A stretch of DNA of 24,497 bases from a virus (Duplodnaviria; Caudoviricetes): the IMG/VR virus record IMGVR_UViG_3300017754_002516, positions 1-24,497 of that record, one strand, 5' to 3'. Position numbers and translations under genes: made by a program. The first letter of the stretch is position 1. Each line of letters starts with the position of its first letter. Positions 1-7,952 of the stretch are shown here, one piece after another. A model generated the notes under the pieces. The model ran no database searches and was not told the DNA's origin. It saw only the letters and a program-made list of their open reading frames with translations.

Positions 1-2
1 AC

Positions 3-578
3 ATCCGCGGTACGAACGGCTCTGGTAAGACTACAGCAGTACGCGCTATCATGAATTACCTGAAGCACTACAAAGATGTTGAGACCTCTAATGGGGTTTT
101 CCTACACGTCTATCACACACCTATCGGCGAGGCAGTAGCCTTTGTCGGTAAGTATGAGGGTGCGGTAACTGGAGGGGTTGATCGGGTTCGTCACGTTCGT
201 GATGTTGTACCCGCTTGCGCTGAGATTATCCCTTACGGTCATATCGTCCTGGAAGGTTTGTTGATGTCTGGACTCCAGCAGCTGACCAAAGATATCGCTG
301 ATGCGTGCACAGGCTATGGTGAATTTCATGCTTTGACTTTAGACACCCCCAGTGCTCAGTGCGTAGCTCAAACGATGAGCCGACGCGCTCTTGCAGGTAA
401 TGATAAACCCTTTGACCCAGCAAAGTCTTTGCTTCCAAAATACCGCGCAGTTGAGCTGGCTCATTTGAAAATGAAGTCGTGGGGTATGGACGCTAGATTG
501 GTGTCGCAGCGTGACGCGGTAATCACAGCATTAGGGTTTTTAGGGGTTGTCGTTACACCTCAGAACGTTAAAATTTAA
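3..578 (+). CDS. P-loop nucleotide/DNA kinase, paralog 1 (5'-truncated by window edge), base-modification associated
   Basis: The frame is open upstream of the ATG at 51. Positions 3-50 translate as IRGTNGSGKTTAVRAI (Walker A GxxGxGKT). It also has IVLEG (Walker B-like) and LDTPSAQCVAQTMSRR (lid-like), and is colinear with the next ORF. Confidence 0.8.
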   Translation: MRGTNGSGKTTAVRAIMNYLKHYKDVETSNGVFLHVYHTPIGEAVAFVGKYEGAVTGGVDRVRHVRDVVPACAEIIPYGHIVLEGLLMSGLQQLTKDIADACTGYGEFHALTLDTPSAQCVAQTMSRRALAGNDKPFDPAKSLLPKYRAVELAHLKMKSWGMDARLVSQRDAVITALGFLGVVVTPQNVKI

Positions 579-594
579 TCTTAAATAACGGAGC
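565..594 (+). promoter_or_regulatory. Copy 1 of a repeated AT-rich motif ACGTTAA-nn-TTT-nnnn-TTA-(T)-AATAACGGAGC; putative phage promoter/operator
   Basis: acgttaaaatttaatcttaaataacggagc aligns with 5452-5482. Its GGAG also serves as the RBS for the ATG at 599. Confidence 0.4.
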
Positions 595-598
595 AAGT

Positions 599-1159
599 AT
601 GTCAAACGTGGTTATTTCAGTACGAGGGTCTAACGGTGCGGGCAAGACGTGGGTAGCCCGTAAAGTGATGGATAGAGCTGAGGACGATTTCAAAAAGAAG
701 ATTACTTTGGACAATGGCGTGTTGGTCAATGTCTACAAGAACTTCGTCATTCTAGGCTCTTATGATCGTGTATGCGGAGGGTGCGATACAATCAAAACCC
801 CGCAGATGGTCTGGGACGCTGTCGTTGAGTGCGCAGGGTTTACGAATGTGATCTATGAGGGCGTGATTGTTGGTAATGTGTACGAGCCTACAATCTTGCT
901 GAACGAGCGGCTCAAGATGATCGGGGCTAGAATCGTACCTGTTTGCCTCAACACTCCATTCGAGCAGTGCGTGGCGAACGTGAATGCTAGACGAGCGGTA
1001 GAAGGTAAGCCTCCAATTGAAAAGACCGATAACATCTTGACAAACGACAAAAAGAATATCTCATCAGCTAAAAAGCTCCATGCCGCAGGGTTGAACCCGC
1101 ACTGGGTCAGTGCTGAGGAAGCCGTTGAAGTTATCTGCAAGGAACTAGGCTATGTTTGA
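599..1159 (+). CDS. P-loop nucleotide/DNA kinase, paralog 2, base-modification associated
   Basis: VISVRGSNGAGKT (Walker A), VIYEG, LNTPFEQCVANVNARR; GGAG RBS; adjacent to aGPT-Pplase1 and TS-like genes. Confidence 0.8.
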   Translation: MSNVVISVRGSNGAGKTWVARKVMDRAEDDFKKKITLDNGVLVNVYKNFVILGSYDRVCGGCDTIKTPQMVWDAVVECAGFTNVIYEGVIVGNVYEPTILLNERLKMIGARIVPVCLNTPFEQCVANVNARRAVEGKPPIEKTDNILTNDKKNISSAKKLHAAGLNPHWVSAEEAVEVICKELGYV

Positions 1160-2036
1160 TAATCTGGCAGGTCTGCCTAATCCATTGATGATGACGAAGC
1201 TGGCTTACTTCGTTGATGAGCGTGAGCATGTAAGGCGCGAGCGTGATGCTGGGGCTCCCAGACCTTGGACTGAGGATAAGATACTTGACACGTACCGCTT
1301 CTGCAACGTACGTCGTCGTGACGATCGTGTATCCAAGTGGATCATAGACCATATCATTGAGTCGAATAAAGATTCTCCACATCTTTGGTTTCAACTCTGC
1401 TGCGCTCGCTTAATCAACTGGCCACCGACAATCCAGCATCTAATGGACGAGCAAGTTTGGCCGACTCATATGTTTGACCCTGTATGGTTCGGTCATGCGA
1501 TTGATGAGCGTGTAGCCTCAGGTCAAAAGACTTGGACTGGTGCCTATATCATCACTGCGCGGCATGTACCTGAAGGTATGGGTAAGGGGCTGTGGGTAGC
1601 TCAAGCGATGCTGGAAAATGCGTTGAAAGCTGATAAGAGAATCGTGTATGATACTATTGAAGAAACGATGGAAGCTTTCAAAGGGTTGTACGGTTTCGGC
1701 ACTTTCATGGCTGGCCAAGTCGTAGCTGATCTAACTTACAGTCCTCAGCTGAGCTCAGCTCCTGACCTTTACACCTACGCTCCAATCGGTCCTGGTTCAA
1801 CTCGTGGGCTCAACCGATTGTTCGGTAGGAAACTAGAAGGTAAGATTGGTCAGGCTCAGTTCAACGATGAGCTGCAGTACGTAGCCAAGGAAGTGTCAGC
1901 TCTTGTAGACCTAGGTGAGCCGAAGCTTACGCTGCATGACTGGCAGAACTGCATGTGTGAGTTTGACAAGTACATCCGCACCGAGAACGGCTCAGGTCGT
2001 CCCCGTTCAACCTATAAACCAGAAACAGCTTTTTGA
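1152..2036 (+). CDS. aGPT-Pplase1-family protein (alpha-glutamyl/putrescinyl thymine pyrophosphorylase clade 1, also annotated as 5-hmdU DNA kinase helical domain)
   Basis: Family-typical motifs PWTEDKILDTYRFCNVRRRDDRVS, GFGTFMAGQVVADL (HhH-like), GPGSTRGL and QNCMCEFDKY; located between the kinases and the TS homologue. Confidence 0.85.
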   Translation: MFDNLAGLPNPLMMTKLAYFVDEREHVRRERDAGAPRPWTEDKILDTYRFCNVRRRDDRVSKWIIDHIIESNKDSPHLWFQLCCARLINWPPTIQHLMDEQVWPTHMFDPVWFGHAIDERVASGQKTWTGAYIITARHVPEGMGKGLWVAQAMLENALKADKRIVYDTIEETMEAFKGLYGFGTFMAGQVVADLTYSPQLSSAPDLYTYAPIGPGSTRGLNRLFGRKLEGKIGQAQFNDELQYVAKEVSALVDLGEPKLTLHDWQNCMCEFDKYIRTENGSGRPRSTYKPETAF

Positions 2037-2045
2037 GGAGAAAAC

Positions 2046-3023
2046 ATGAGAGCTTTTAATGTCAAGAACGTGAACGAGGCTTTCTCGTTGGAAATCAATG
2101 CGATCAGGTTAGAGGGCACCGATCGTAGCTCTCGAAACGGTCCTGTACTAGAGTTCAATGAGCCTGTAGCTACAACCTACAAAGACTCTATGCAGCGAGT
2201 ACTGTTTGATAAAAAGCGTATGTGTAATCCGTTCTTTCATAGCATGGAAGGGCTCTGGATCATTGGCGGCTATCGCGATGTTGAGTTTCTGGATTACTTC
2301 AACTCACAGATGAAGCAGTACAGCGATGACGGTGATACTTTCTGGGGTGCCTACGGCTGGCGCCTTCGCGGTCGCGGTGTAGATCAGATTGAGAAGGCTA
2401 TACAGTTACTGAAAAAGAACCCTACAGATCGCCGTATCGTCACCACGATGTGGGATACAGAGCTTGACTTAGGACAGAACAAAAAAGACCATCCCTGCAA
2501 TACTCACATCTATTGGAAGGTGCGTGATGGGGCTCTCTACATGACGGTTTGCTGCCGCTCTAACGATCTTTTGTACGGCAAGTTGGGCGCCAACGTGGTG
2601 CATTTTAGTATGCTCCAAGAGTACGTAGCCCATCGCGCTGGTTATACTGTCGGTCCCTACACGCAGATGTCCGACTCGTTGCACGTCTATACGAACTTAC
2701 CCGTCTGGGATAAGGTTAAAGATACTTCATACGTACCTGAGGATTACTATTCTACAGACTACGCTGAGCTCATCGTCAGCCCTTATCCCATGTTCACAGA
2801 TTGTGAGACTTCAGATTGGGAAGCTGACTTGCTTGACTTCATGGTTGATCCTCAAACCGATCAGCTGTTCCGTACCCCCTACTTCCAAGACGTCGTTCAA
2901 CCGATCAGCTTGGTTTGGTGGGAGCATAAGAAAACACGTCATGGGCTGCGCTACCTCGACAGCATCAAAGCTACCGACTGGCGTAAAGCCTGTGAGATTT
3001 GGCTCAAAGAAAAGGAGGCGTGA
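2046..3023 (+). CDS. Thymidylate synthase-fold enzyme, probable dUMP hydroxymethylase
   Basis: SRNG, NPFFH, GAYGWRLR, DQI, DRR, catalytic PCN, RSND, ANVVHF (Asn at the dUMP-specificity position), SLHVY; GAGGAG RBS. Confidence 0.85.
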   Translation: MRAFNVKNVNEAFSLEINAIRLEGTDRSSRNGPVLEFNEPVATTYKDSMQRVLFDKKRMCNPFFHSMEGLWIIGGYRDVEFLDYFNSQMKQYSDDGDTFWGAYGWRLRGRGVDQIEKAIQLLKKNPTDRRIVTTMWDTELDLGQNKKDHPCNTHIYWKVRDGALYMTVCCRSNDLLYGKLGANVVHFSMLQEYVAHRAGYTVGPYTQMSDSLHVYTNLPVWDKVKDTSYVPEDYYSTDYAELIVSPYPMFTDCETSDWEADLLDFMVDPQTDQLFRTPYFQDVVQPISLVWWEHKKTRHGLRYLDSIKATDWRKACEIWLKEKEA

Positions 3024-3187
3024 TGCTAGAGCTGATAAGAACATTCTGGGGTAAGTTAAGAGGCAGGGGTAAGGTTATCGTCGAGGAAGGCATGCTGTAT
3101 CGTTGTACAAAGTGCCATCTAATTTTCACAACAAAGGTAGCAGGAGAAAAACATGAGTGTGATGAAAAAATCAGCATTTCCAGTTAA
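3023..3187 (+). CDS. Small zinc-finger-like protein
   Basis: YRCTKCHLIFTTKVAGEKHEC (CxxC...H.C). ATG at 3023 overlaps the upstream TGA and follows AGGAGG. Confidence 0.55.
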   Translation: MLELIRTFWGKLRGRGKVIVEEGMLYRCTKCHLIFTTKVAGEKHECDEKISISS

Positions 3188-3347
3188 TCAGCAAGGGTAC
3201 ATCATAGAGCCAGGCATGACGATTCGTCAGTATTTTGCTATCGAGATATTCAAAGAGCTGATGAAAAACGGCGATACTGATTTCAATGAGGATTGTGAGG
3301 AAGCTTATCGTCTGGCTGACAAACTGATCAAGGCTGGCGATGCTTGA
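3153..3347 (+). CDS. Conserved small phage protein (AFP...GMTxRxYFA family)
   Basis: SAFP...GMTIRQYFA...AYRLADKLI pattern is common in phages; AGGAG RBS. Confidence 0.7.
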   Translation: MSVMKKSAFPVNQQGYIIEPGMTIRQYFAIEIFKELMKNGDTDFNEDCEEAYRLADKLIKAGDA

Positions 3348-5148
3348 TACACTTACCCTGGACTTTGAAACCTACTATGACCCGAAGGAGAAGTACTCTT
3401 TGTCATCAGGTAATCTGACTTCTACCGAGTACATCCGTGACCCTAGATTTCAAGCCCTCTGCTGCGGCTTCAAGCTGAACAATGAGGCTACAGTGGTGGC
3501 TTGGGGTCAAGACATAGAGAAGGCTTTTAAATTCTACGGAACCAAGGTTCGTGCTGTAGCTCACAATGCTCAATTCGATGGGGCTATCGCAGCTTACCAC
3601 TACGGATGGAATCCAGATGAGTGGGTGGACACTGTCGGGTTGGCGCGTGCGTTGCTGCGTTTGAAGTCATACTCGCTACGCTCAGTAGCTGAAGCTCTAG
3701 GGTTGCGTGCAAAGCTAGATGCACTCAGCGTATCCAAAGGAAAGCGTCTTGAGCAGCTTCAGGACTATGAGATGTCGATCCTAGATGAATATTGCGTGCG
3801 TGACGTGGAGCTATGCAATGAGATTTACTCTAAACTTATCCCTGGCCTTCCTCGTTTTGAGCGTATGCTTCTAGAATGGTCTATCAAGGCTGTTACGCAG
3901 CCGAGGCTGGCTGTTGATCATGAAATGCTAGACCATTACGTGGTTGAGCTATTACTGAACCGAGATAAGATGCTCCATGAGGCAGGCATAACGCGTGACG
4001 TTATCATGTCTAATCCTAAGATGGCTGACGCTCTCAGAGCTCTAGGCGTAGAACCGCCTATGAAAATCAGCTACAGAACTGGAAAGCCTACTTATGCGTT
4101 CGCCAAAGACGATAAGGAAATTACAGATCTGCTCGACCATCCTGATGTCCGCGTGCAAACCCTCGTCGCTGCGAGGCTTAAACTGAAATCAACCATTGAG
4201 GAAACCCGCGCTAACCGACTCAGCTCCATTGGAAAATCAGGACTGCTTCCAGTTCCGCTGCTGTACTACGGAGCGCATACGGGTCGATTCAGCGGAGGCG
4301 GTGGTATCAATTTACAGAACTTGACTCGCGGGTCAAAGCTACGCAAGGGTATTGTAGCCCCTCCAGGAAAGGTCCTAGTCGTCGGCGATAGCTCACAGAT
4401 TGAAGCCCGAGCTTTGGCTCTAGCGGCAGGCCAGCAGGACTTGGTCAAGGTGTTTGAAGATGGGCTTGATCCTTACTGCGATATGGCGTCCTTCATCTAC
4501 GGTCGTGAAATCACAAAGGCTGATGAGGATGAACGCTGGTTGGGTAAAGTCACGGTTCTGGGTGCGGGCTACGGCATGTCTGCTAACACGTTCTTTGAGT
4601 TCCTCCGCGCTCAAGGAAAGTCCCGCCCCATGGAAATGTGTCAGAAAGCGATCGCTGCGTACCGTAAAAAGAACTACGCGATTGTGAAGTTCTGGGATAC
4701 CTGCGATAAGGCTTTGCAAGGTGTATGGACTGGGTCAAGAATGAAACTCAGCGAATCATTGGACGTCTATACGGGGCAGAACGAAATCAGGTTACCTGTC
4801 GGTTGTCCGTTGCTGTATCCTTCCCTCAGCTACTCATTTGCTGAGCGTCGTTGGTCTTACATGTCTAGAGGCGATGGGCGTTCAACGATCTATGGCGGTC
4901 TGGTTACTGAGAACATCATACAGTCTGTAGCTCGCCACGTAGTCATGGAACAGTTGCTCATTGTGAATGAGACTTATCCAGTCGCGCTGACGGTGCATGA
5001 CGAATTGGTAGCCGTGGTTGATGAACACGAGGGTCCCGCTGCTCGGGACTACATAGAACAAGTAATGTCAACTCCACCTAGATGGTGGCCAGACTTGCCT
5101 GTGAAGGCTGAGGTCAAATGGGGTAAAGTTTATGGAGATATCAAATGA
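3340..5148 (+). CDS. polA: Family A DNA polymerase with 3'-5' exonuclease, no 5'-3' exonuclease
   Basis: Exo motifs DFET, HNAQFD, YCVRDV; HTGRFSG; motif A DSSQIEAR; motif B RWLGKVTVLGAGYG; ENIIQ; motif C VHDE. Confidence 0.95.
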   Translation: MLDTLTLDFETYYDPKEKYSLSSGNLTSTEYIRDPRFQALCCGFKLNNEATVVAWGQDIEKAFKFYGTKVRAVAHNAQFDGAIAAYHYGWNPDEWVDTVGLARALLRLKSYSLRSVAEALGLRAKLDALSVSKGKRLEQLQDYEMSILDEYCVRDVELCNEIYSKLIPGLPRFERMLLEWSIKAVTQPRLAVDHEMLDHYVVELLLNRDKMLHEAGITRDVIMSNPKMADALRALGVEPPMKISYRTGKPTYAFAKDDKEITDLLDHPDVRVQTLVAARLKLKSTIEETRANRLSSIGKSGLLPVPLLYYGAHTGRFSGGGGINLQNLTRGSKLRKGIVAPPGKVLVVGDSSQIEARALALAAGQQDLVKVFEDGLDPYCDMASFIYGREITKADEDERWLGKVTVLGAGYGMSANTFFEFLRAQGKSRPMEMCQKAIAAYRKKNYAIVKFWDTCDKALQGVWTGSRMKLSESLDVYTGQNEIRLPVGCPLLYPSLSYSFAERRWSYMSRGDGRSTIYGGLVTENIIQSVARHVVMEQLLIVNETYPVALTVHDELVAVVDEHEGPAARDYIEQVMSTPPRWWPDLPVKAEVKWGKVYGDIK

Positions 5149-5447
5149 GTGTTGTATGGTTGGTTCATGTTGACAAGCGACGCGATTATTCTGCGGCGTA
5201 TGAGCACGGTGAGGTTAGAGAAATCTTCTCATCTATCGGTAGAGACTTTGATCCTGATGCGGCTATCCAACACGCCCGTAGGGTGTTAGCCGATTGGCGG
5301 GTCTATGATCGTCTCGTCATGTCAGGTGACCCTACGCTTTGCGCTATCTGCGTTGCCATCATCATGGAGGCTCATGGGGTTTGTGACGTTTTACGTTGGG
5401 ATAAGAACAAGCTAAAGTATGATAATTTATTTTTAAACTTTAACTAG
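5145..5447 (+). CDS. Hypothetical protein (small alpha/beta)
   Basis: ATGA overlap with the polymerase stop, GGAG RBS, 100 aa; no family recognised. Confidence 0.7.
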   Translation: MSVVWLVHVDKRRDYSAAYEHGEVREIFSSIGRDFDPDAAIQHARRVLADWRVYDRLVMSGDPTLCAICVAIIMEAHGVCDVLRWDKNKLKYDNLFLNFN

Positions 5448-5451
5448 CTTT

Positions 5452-5482
5452 ACGTTAATGTTTGAGGTTATAATAACGGAGC
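5452..5482 (+). promoter_or_regulatory. Copy 2 of the repeated motif, containing a perfect TATAAT (5469-5474); putative promoter
   Basis: acgttaatgtttgaggttataataacggagc lies in the 60-bp intergenic gap. A separate AGGAG RBS lies downstream. No correctly spaced -35 was seen. Confidence 0.45.
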
Positions 5483-5507
5483 GGTGTAATTTTAACAGGA
5501 GAAAAAA

Positions 5508-6248
5508 GTGAGTGATTGGAAAGAAAATTTGGTAGTTGGTAAACAGGCAGTGCCGCCTAGGATCTGTATCTACGGTGGTCACGGTATTGGTAAGAGCACG
5601 CTGGCGAGTCAGTTCCCCTCGCCTATCTTCATTTCAACCGAGGACGGTCTGGCTTCCCTAGAAGTCACATCATTTCCTCGCGCTGAGACGGTTGATGACG
5701 TAGCTCAAAATATCAGAACGTTGATCAAAGAAGATCATGATTTCAAGACCGTGGTCTTGGATAGCGTCGATTGGCTGGTTGAGCCGTTGATCACAGTCGA
5801 TGTCGAGTCCAAGCATGACGCTAAGGATTTGTCATACGGTAAAGGTGCAATGATGATCGCTGAGGCGTTTCGTGAGTTGCTAACAGGTTTTGACGTGCTT
5901 CGCAAGAAGCGTGGTATGAATGTAGTCATCTTGGCTCATGCTGTCACAGTCAAATACGAAGACCCTCGCTCTGATTCCTACGATCGGTTTCAGCCCAAAC
6001 TGCCTAATCGCTGCAATGCTTTGTTGCAAGAGTGGACAGATGTGCTGGCGTTTGCTAGCTTCAGAGTGATTGTCAAGAAGTCCGATGCGGGCTTCGGTAA
6101 CCAAGTGTCGCGAGGTATCACTACTGGAGAGCGTCTGCTTCATGTAGTTGAGAACCCTGCGTACATCGCAAAGAATCGGTACAACTGCCCAGACACCATC
6201 CCTATGATGTTTGACAAGTTGGTCGAGTCTATCCCCGTAAAACTGTAA
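5508..6248 (+). CDS. Sak4-like / AAA_24 ATPase (single-strand annealing recombinase)
   Basis: IYGGHGIGKST Walker A, VVLDSVDW Walker B, ILAH, AKNR; GTG start with AGGAG; followed by an SSB. Confidence 0.85.
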   Translation: MSDWKENLVVGKQAVPPRICIYGGHGIGKSTLASQFPSPIFISTEDGLASLEVTSFPRAETVDDVAQNIRTLIKEDHDFKTVVLDSVDWLVEPLITVDVESKHDAKDLSYGKGAMMIAEAFRELLTGFDVLRKKRGMNVVILAHAVTVKYEDPRSDSYDRFQPKLPNRCNALLQEWTDVLAFASFRVIVKKSDAGFGNQVSRGITTGERLLHVVENPAYIAKNRYNCPDTIPMMFDKLVESIPVKL

Positions 6249-6262
6249 GAGGAGTATTTAAA

Positions 6263-6799
6263 ATGGCAAGATTTGGATTTAATGCGGCTGAGTACGAGCC
6301 GGACACAGGTACTGGTTCTTATGAGCCTATCCCCGCAGGTGAGTACCAGTTGATGTGTGAGGAAGCTGAGAGCAAGACTACCTCTGCAGGCACTGGCGTT
6401 TACATCAAAGCGAAGTTTCGCGTTCTGGGTCCTACCCACGCTGACCGCTTCATTTTCATGAACTTCAACATCCAAAACCCTAGCGCAAAAGCTGAGGAAA
6501 TTGGACGTCGTCAAATCTCAGGTTGGGCTTCTGCTTGCGGTAAGCCAGGAGCTGCTGATACAGACGAGCTGCTGAACGTTCCTTTCAATGCCGATGTAGG
6601 TGTCGAGCCAGGAAGCGGTCAGTACGGTCCGCAGAACCGCATCAACGGCTACAAGGTTGCTGGCGGATCAGCCCCAAAAGCCGCACCAGCTCCAGCAGCT
6701 GCGAAGCCTACCCCCGCTGCGGCTGCATCTACCCCTGCTCCGTCTACTACCTCTAAACCCCCTGCCCCTGCTGGCAAAAAAGCTCCTTGGGATGATTGA
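6263..6799 (+). CDS. ssDNA-binding protein (DUF669-like)
   Basis: YEPIPAGEY N-terminus, OB-fold-like core, Ala/Pro linker, C-terminal PWDD; follows the Sak4-like gene. Confidence 0.8.
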   Translation: MARFGFNAAEYEPDTGTGSYEPIPAGEYQLMCEEAESKTTSAGTGVYIKAKFRVLGPTHADRFIFMNFNIQNPSAKAEEIGRRQISGWASACGKPGAADTDELLNVPFNADVGVEPGSGQYGPQNRINGYKVAGGSAPKAAPAPAAAKPTPAAAASTPAPSTTSKPPAPAGKKAPWDD

Positions 6800-6801
6800 T
6801 C

Positions 6802-7116
6802 ATGGCAACTACAGCAAAGAAACCTCCTCCCCCTCCCGTTGAAGAAGTGAAAGAAGCCGCTCCAGTAGCGGAGCCTGTAGCTATCACTCCAGAGCCTGAA
6901 CCTGCTCCGTTGATCAAAGGCTACACAGCTTTAAGCGACGATCAGGTGCGCCGTGTTAACACGATCAAAGAACAGTTTGATGATACGATCAAGTATCTGG
7001 AAACTCTTCGCGATAGTTATCACGCTGCTGAAACCCAGCGAGCCCTCAGTGTCGCTATCACCCACGCTGAAACCGCTTCCATGTGGGCTGTTCAGGCTGT
7101 AACTAAGGTAGTCTAA
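6802..7116 (+). CDS. Acb2/Tad1-like cyclic-nucleotide sponge (anti-defence) with Pro/Ala/Glu-rich N-terminal extension
   Basis: IKGYTALSDDQVRRVNTIKE resembles the Acb2 N-terminus as recalled (IKGYRDLSxEEIxxMNxxKE). RALSVAITHAETASMWAVQAV resembles the Tad1/Acb2 C-terminal helix. ATG at 6802 preferred over TTG at 6796. Confidence 0.7.
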   Translation: MATTAKKPPPPPVEEVKEAAPVAEPVAITPEPEPAPLIKGYTALSDDQVRRVNTIKEQFDDTIKYLETLRDSYHAAETQRALSVAITHAETASMWAVQAVTKVV

Positions 7117-7952
7117 TGGCAGCTATACCGCGACATCATTCCGCACTCGAGCAGCTGATCTACAGTGCCTACGAGAAAAGAGAAAGTAAAGCTATCTATT
7201 TGGCTAGGATTGGAGCGTCAGGAATCGGTGAGGAATGTGTCCGGTCTATCTGGTATGATTGGCGAGCCTTCCACAATGATACCCCCTCGGGGCGTATGTT
7301 GCGGTTGTTTCAAACTGGTCATTTGCAGGAAGCGCGAATCGTTCAAGACCTCAAAGACGCAGGTCTAGAGGTGTGGGACGTCGATGCAGATACGGGAAAG
7401 CAGTGGGTTTACACAGCAGCCAGCGGGCATTTTGTCTGCAAGCCTGACGGTGTAGTCCGTGGCGTTCCTGGAGCTGAAAAGACTCCTCACTTGCTCGAGA
7501 TCAAAACTTCCAATGCAAACGGTTTCAAAGAGCTAGAGAAAAGAGGCGTGAAAGAAGCCAAGCCCTCGCATTACTACCAGATGCATGCTGGTATGTGGCT
7601 GGCTGGGCTAGACCGCGCTCTCTATGTGGCTCTGCGAAAAGACGATGAGCAGTATTACATAGAACGTGTAACTCGTGATGAAAGTTGTATCGCTGATATC
7701 GAGCGTAAGCTTGAGCAGCTGACGATGTCCATGTCCCCTCCACCCCGCATCGCGGAAAAAGAGGGTGACTGGCGCTGTAAGTTCTGTGACGGTCAAGAGG
7801 TTTGCTGGGGTAAGGCTCAGCCGCTTGTCAACTGCAGAACTTGTCAGTATGCTGCGATCAAAGATGAAGGCGGTTGGTACTGTGAGCAACAATCAGTAGT
7901 ACTGACTCAAGCAGCTCAACTGAAAGGATGTGACCTGTGGACAACGTTCTAA
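7116..7952 (+). CDS. Cas4-like / PD-(D/E)XK exonuclease with Cys cluster
   Basis: GASGIGEECVRSIWY, GH..E, PDG, LLEIKT, YYQMH, CKFC...C, plus an extra CRTC...C...C tail. Confidence 0.85.
   Translation: MAAIPRHHSALEQLIYSAYEKRESKAIYLARIGASGIGEECVRSIWYDWRAFHNDTPSGRMLRLFQTGHLQEARIVQDLKDAGLEVWDVDADTGKQWVYTAASGHFVCKPDGVVRGVPGAEKTPHLLEIKTSNANGFKELEKRGVKEAKPSHYYQMHAGMWLAGLDRALYVALRKDDEQYYIERVTRDESCIADIERKLEQLTMSMSPPPRIAEKEGDWRCKFCDGQEVCWGKAQPLVNCRTCQYAAIKDEGGWYCEQQSVVLTQAAQLKGCDLWTTF

Noticed and set aside
2046-3023. dCMP hydroxymethylase or ordinary thyA
   Set aside because: Asn rather than Asp at the specificity position argues against dCMP. The aGPT-Pplase1/kinase context favours a dUMP hydroxymethylase over plain ThyA, though ThyA is not excluded.
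5449-5474. Canonical sigma70 promoter TTTACG...TATAAT
   Set aside because: The spacer is only 14 bp, so it was kept only as a -10 box within the repeated motif.
7116-7952. Cas4-like gene as evidence of a CRISPR-Cas locus
   Set aside because: No repeat-spacer array or other cas genes were seen. Stand-alone Cas4-like exonucleases are normal in Sak4/SSB recombination modules.
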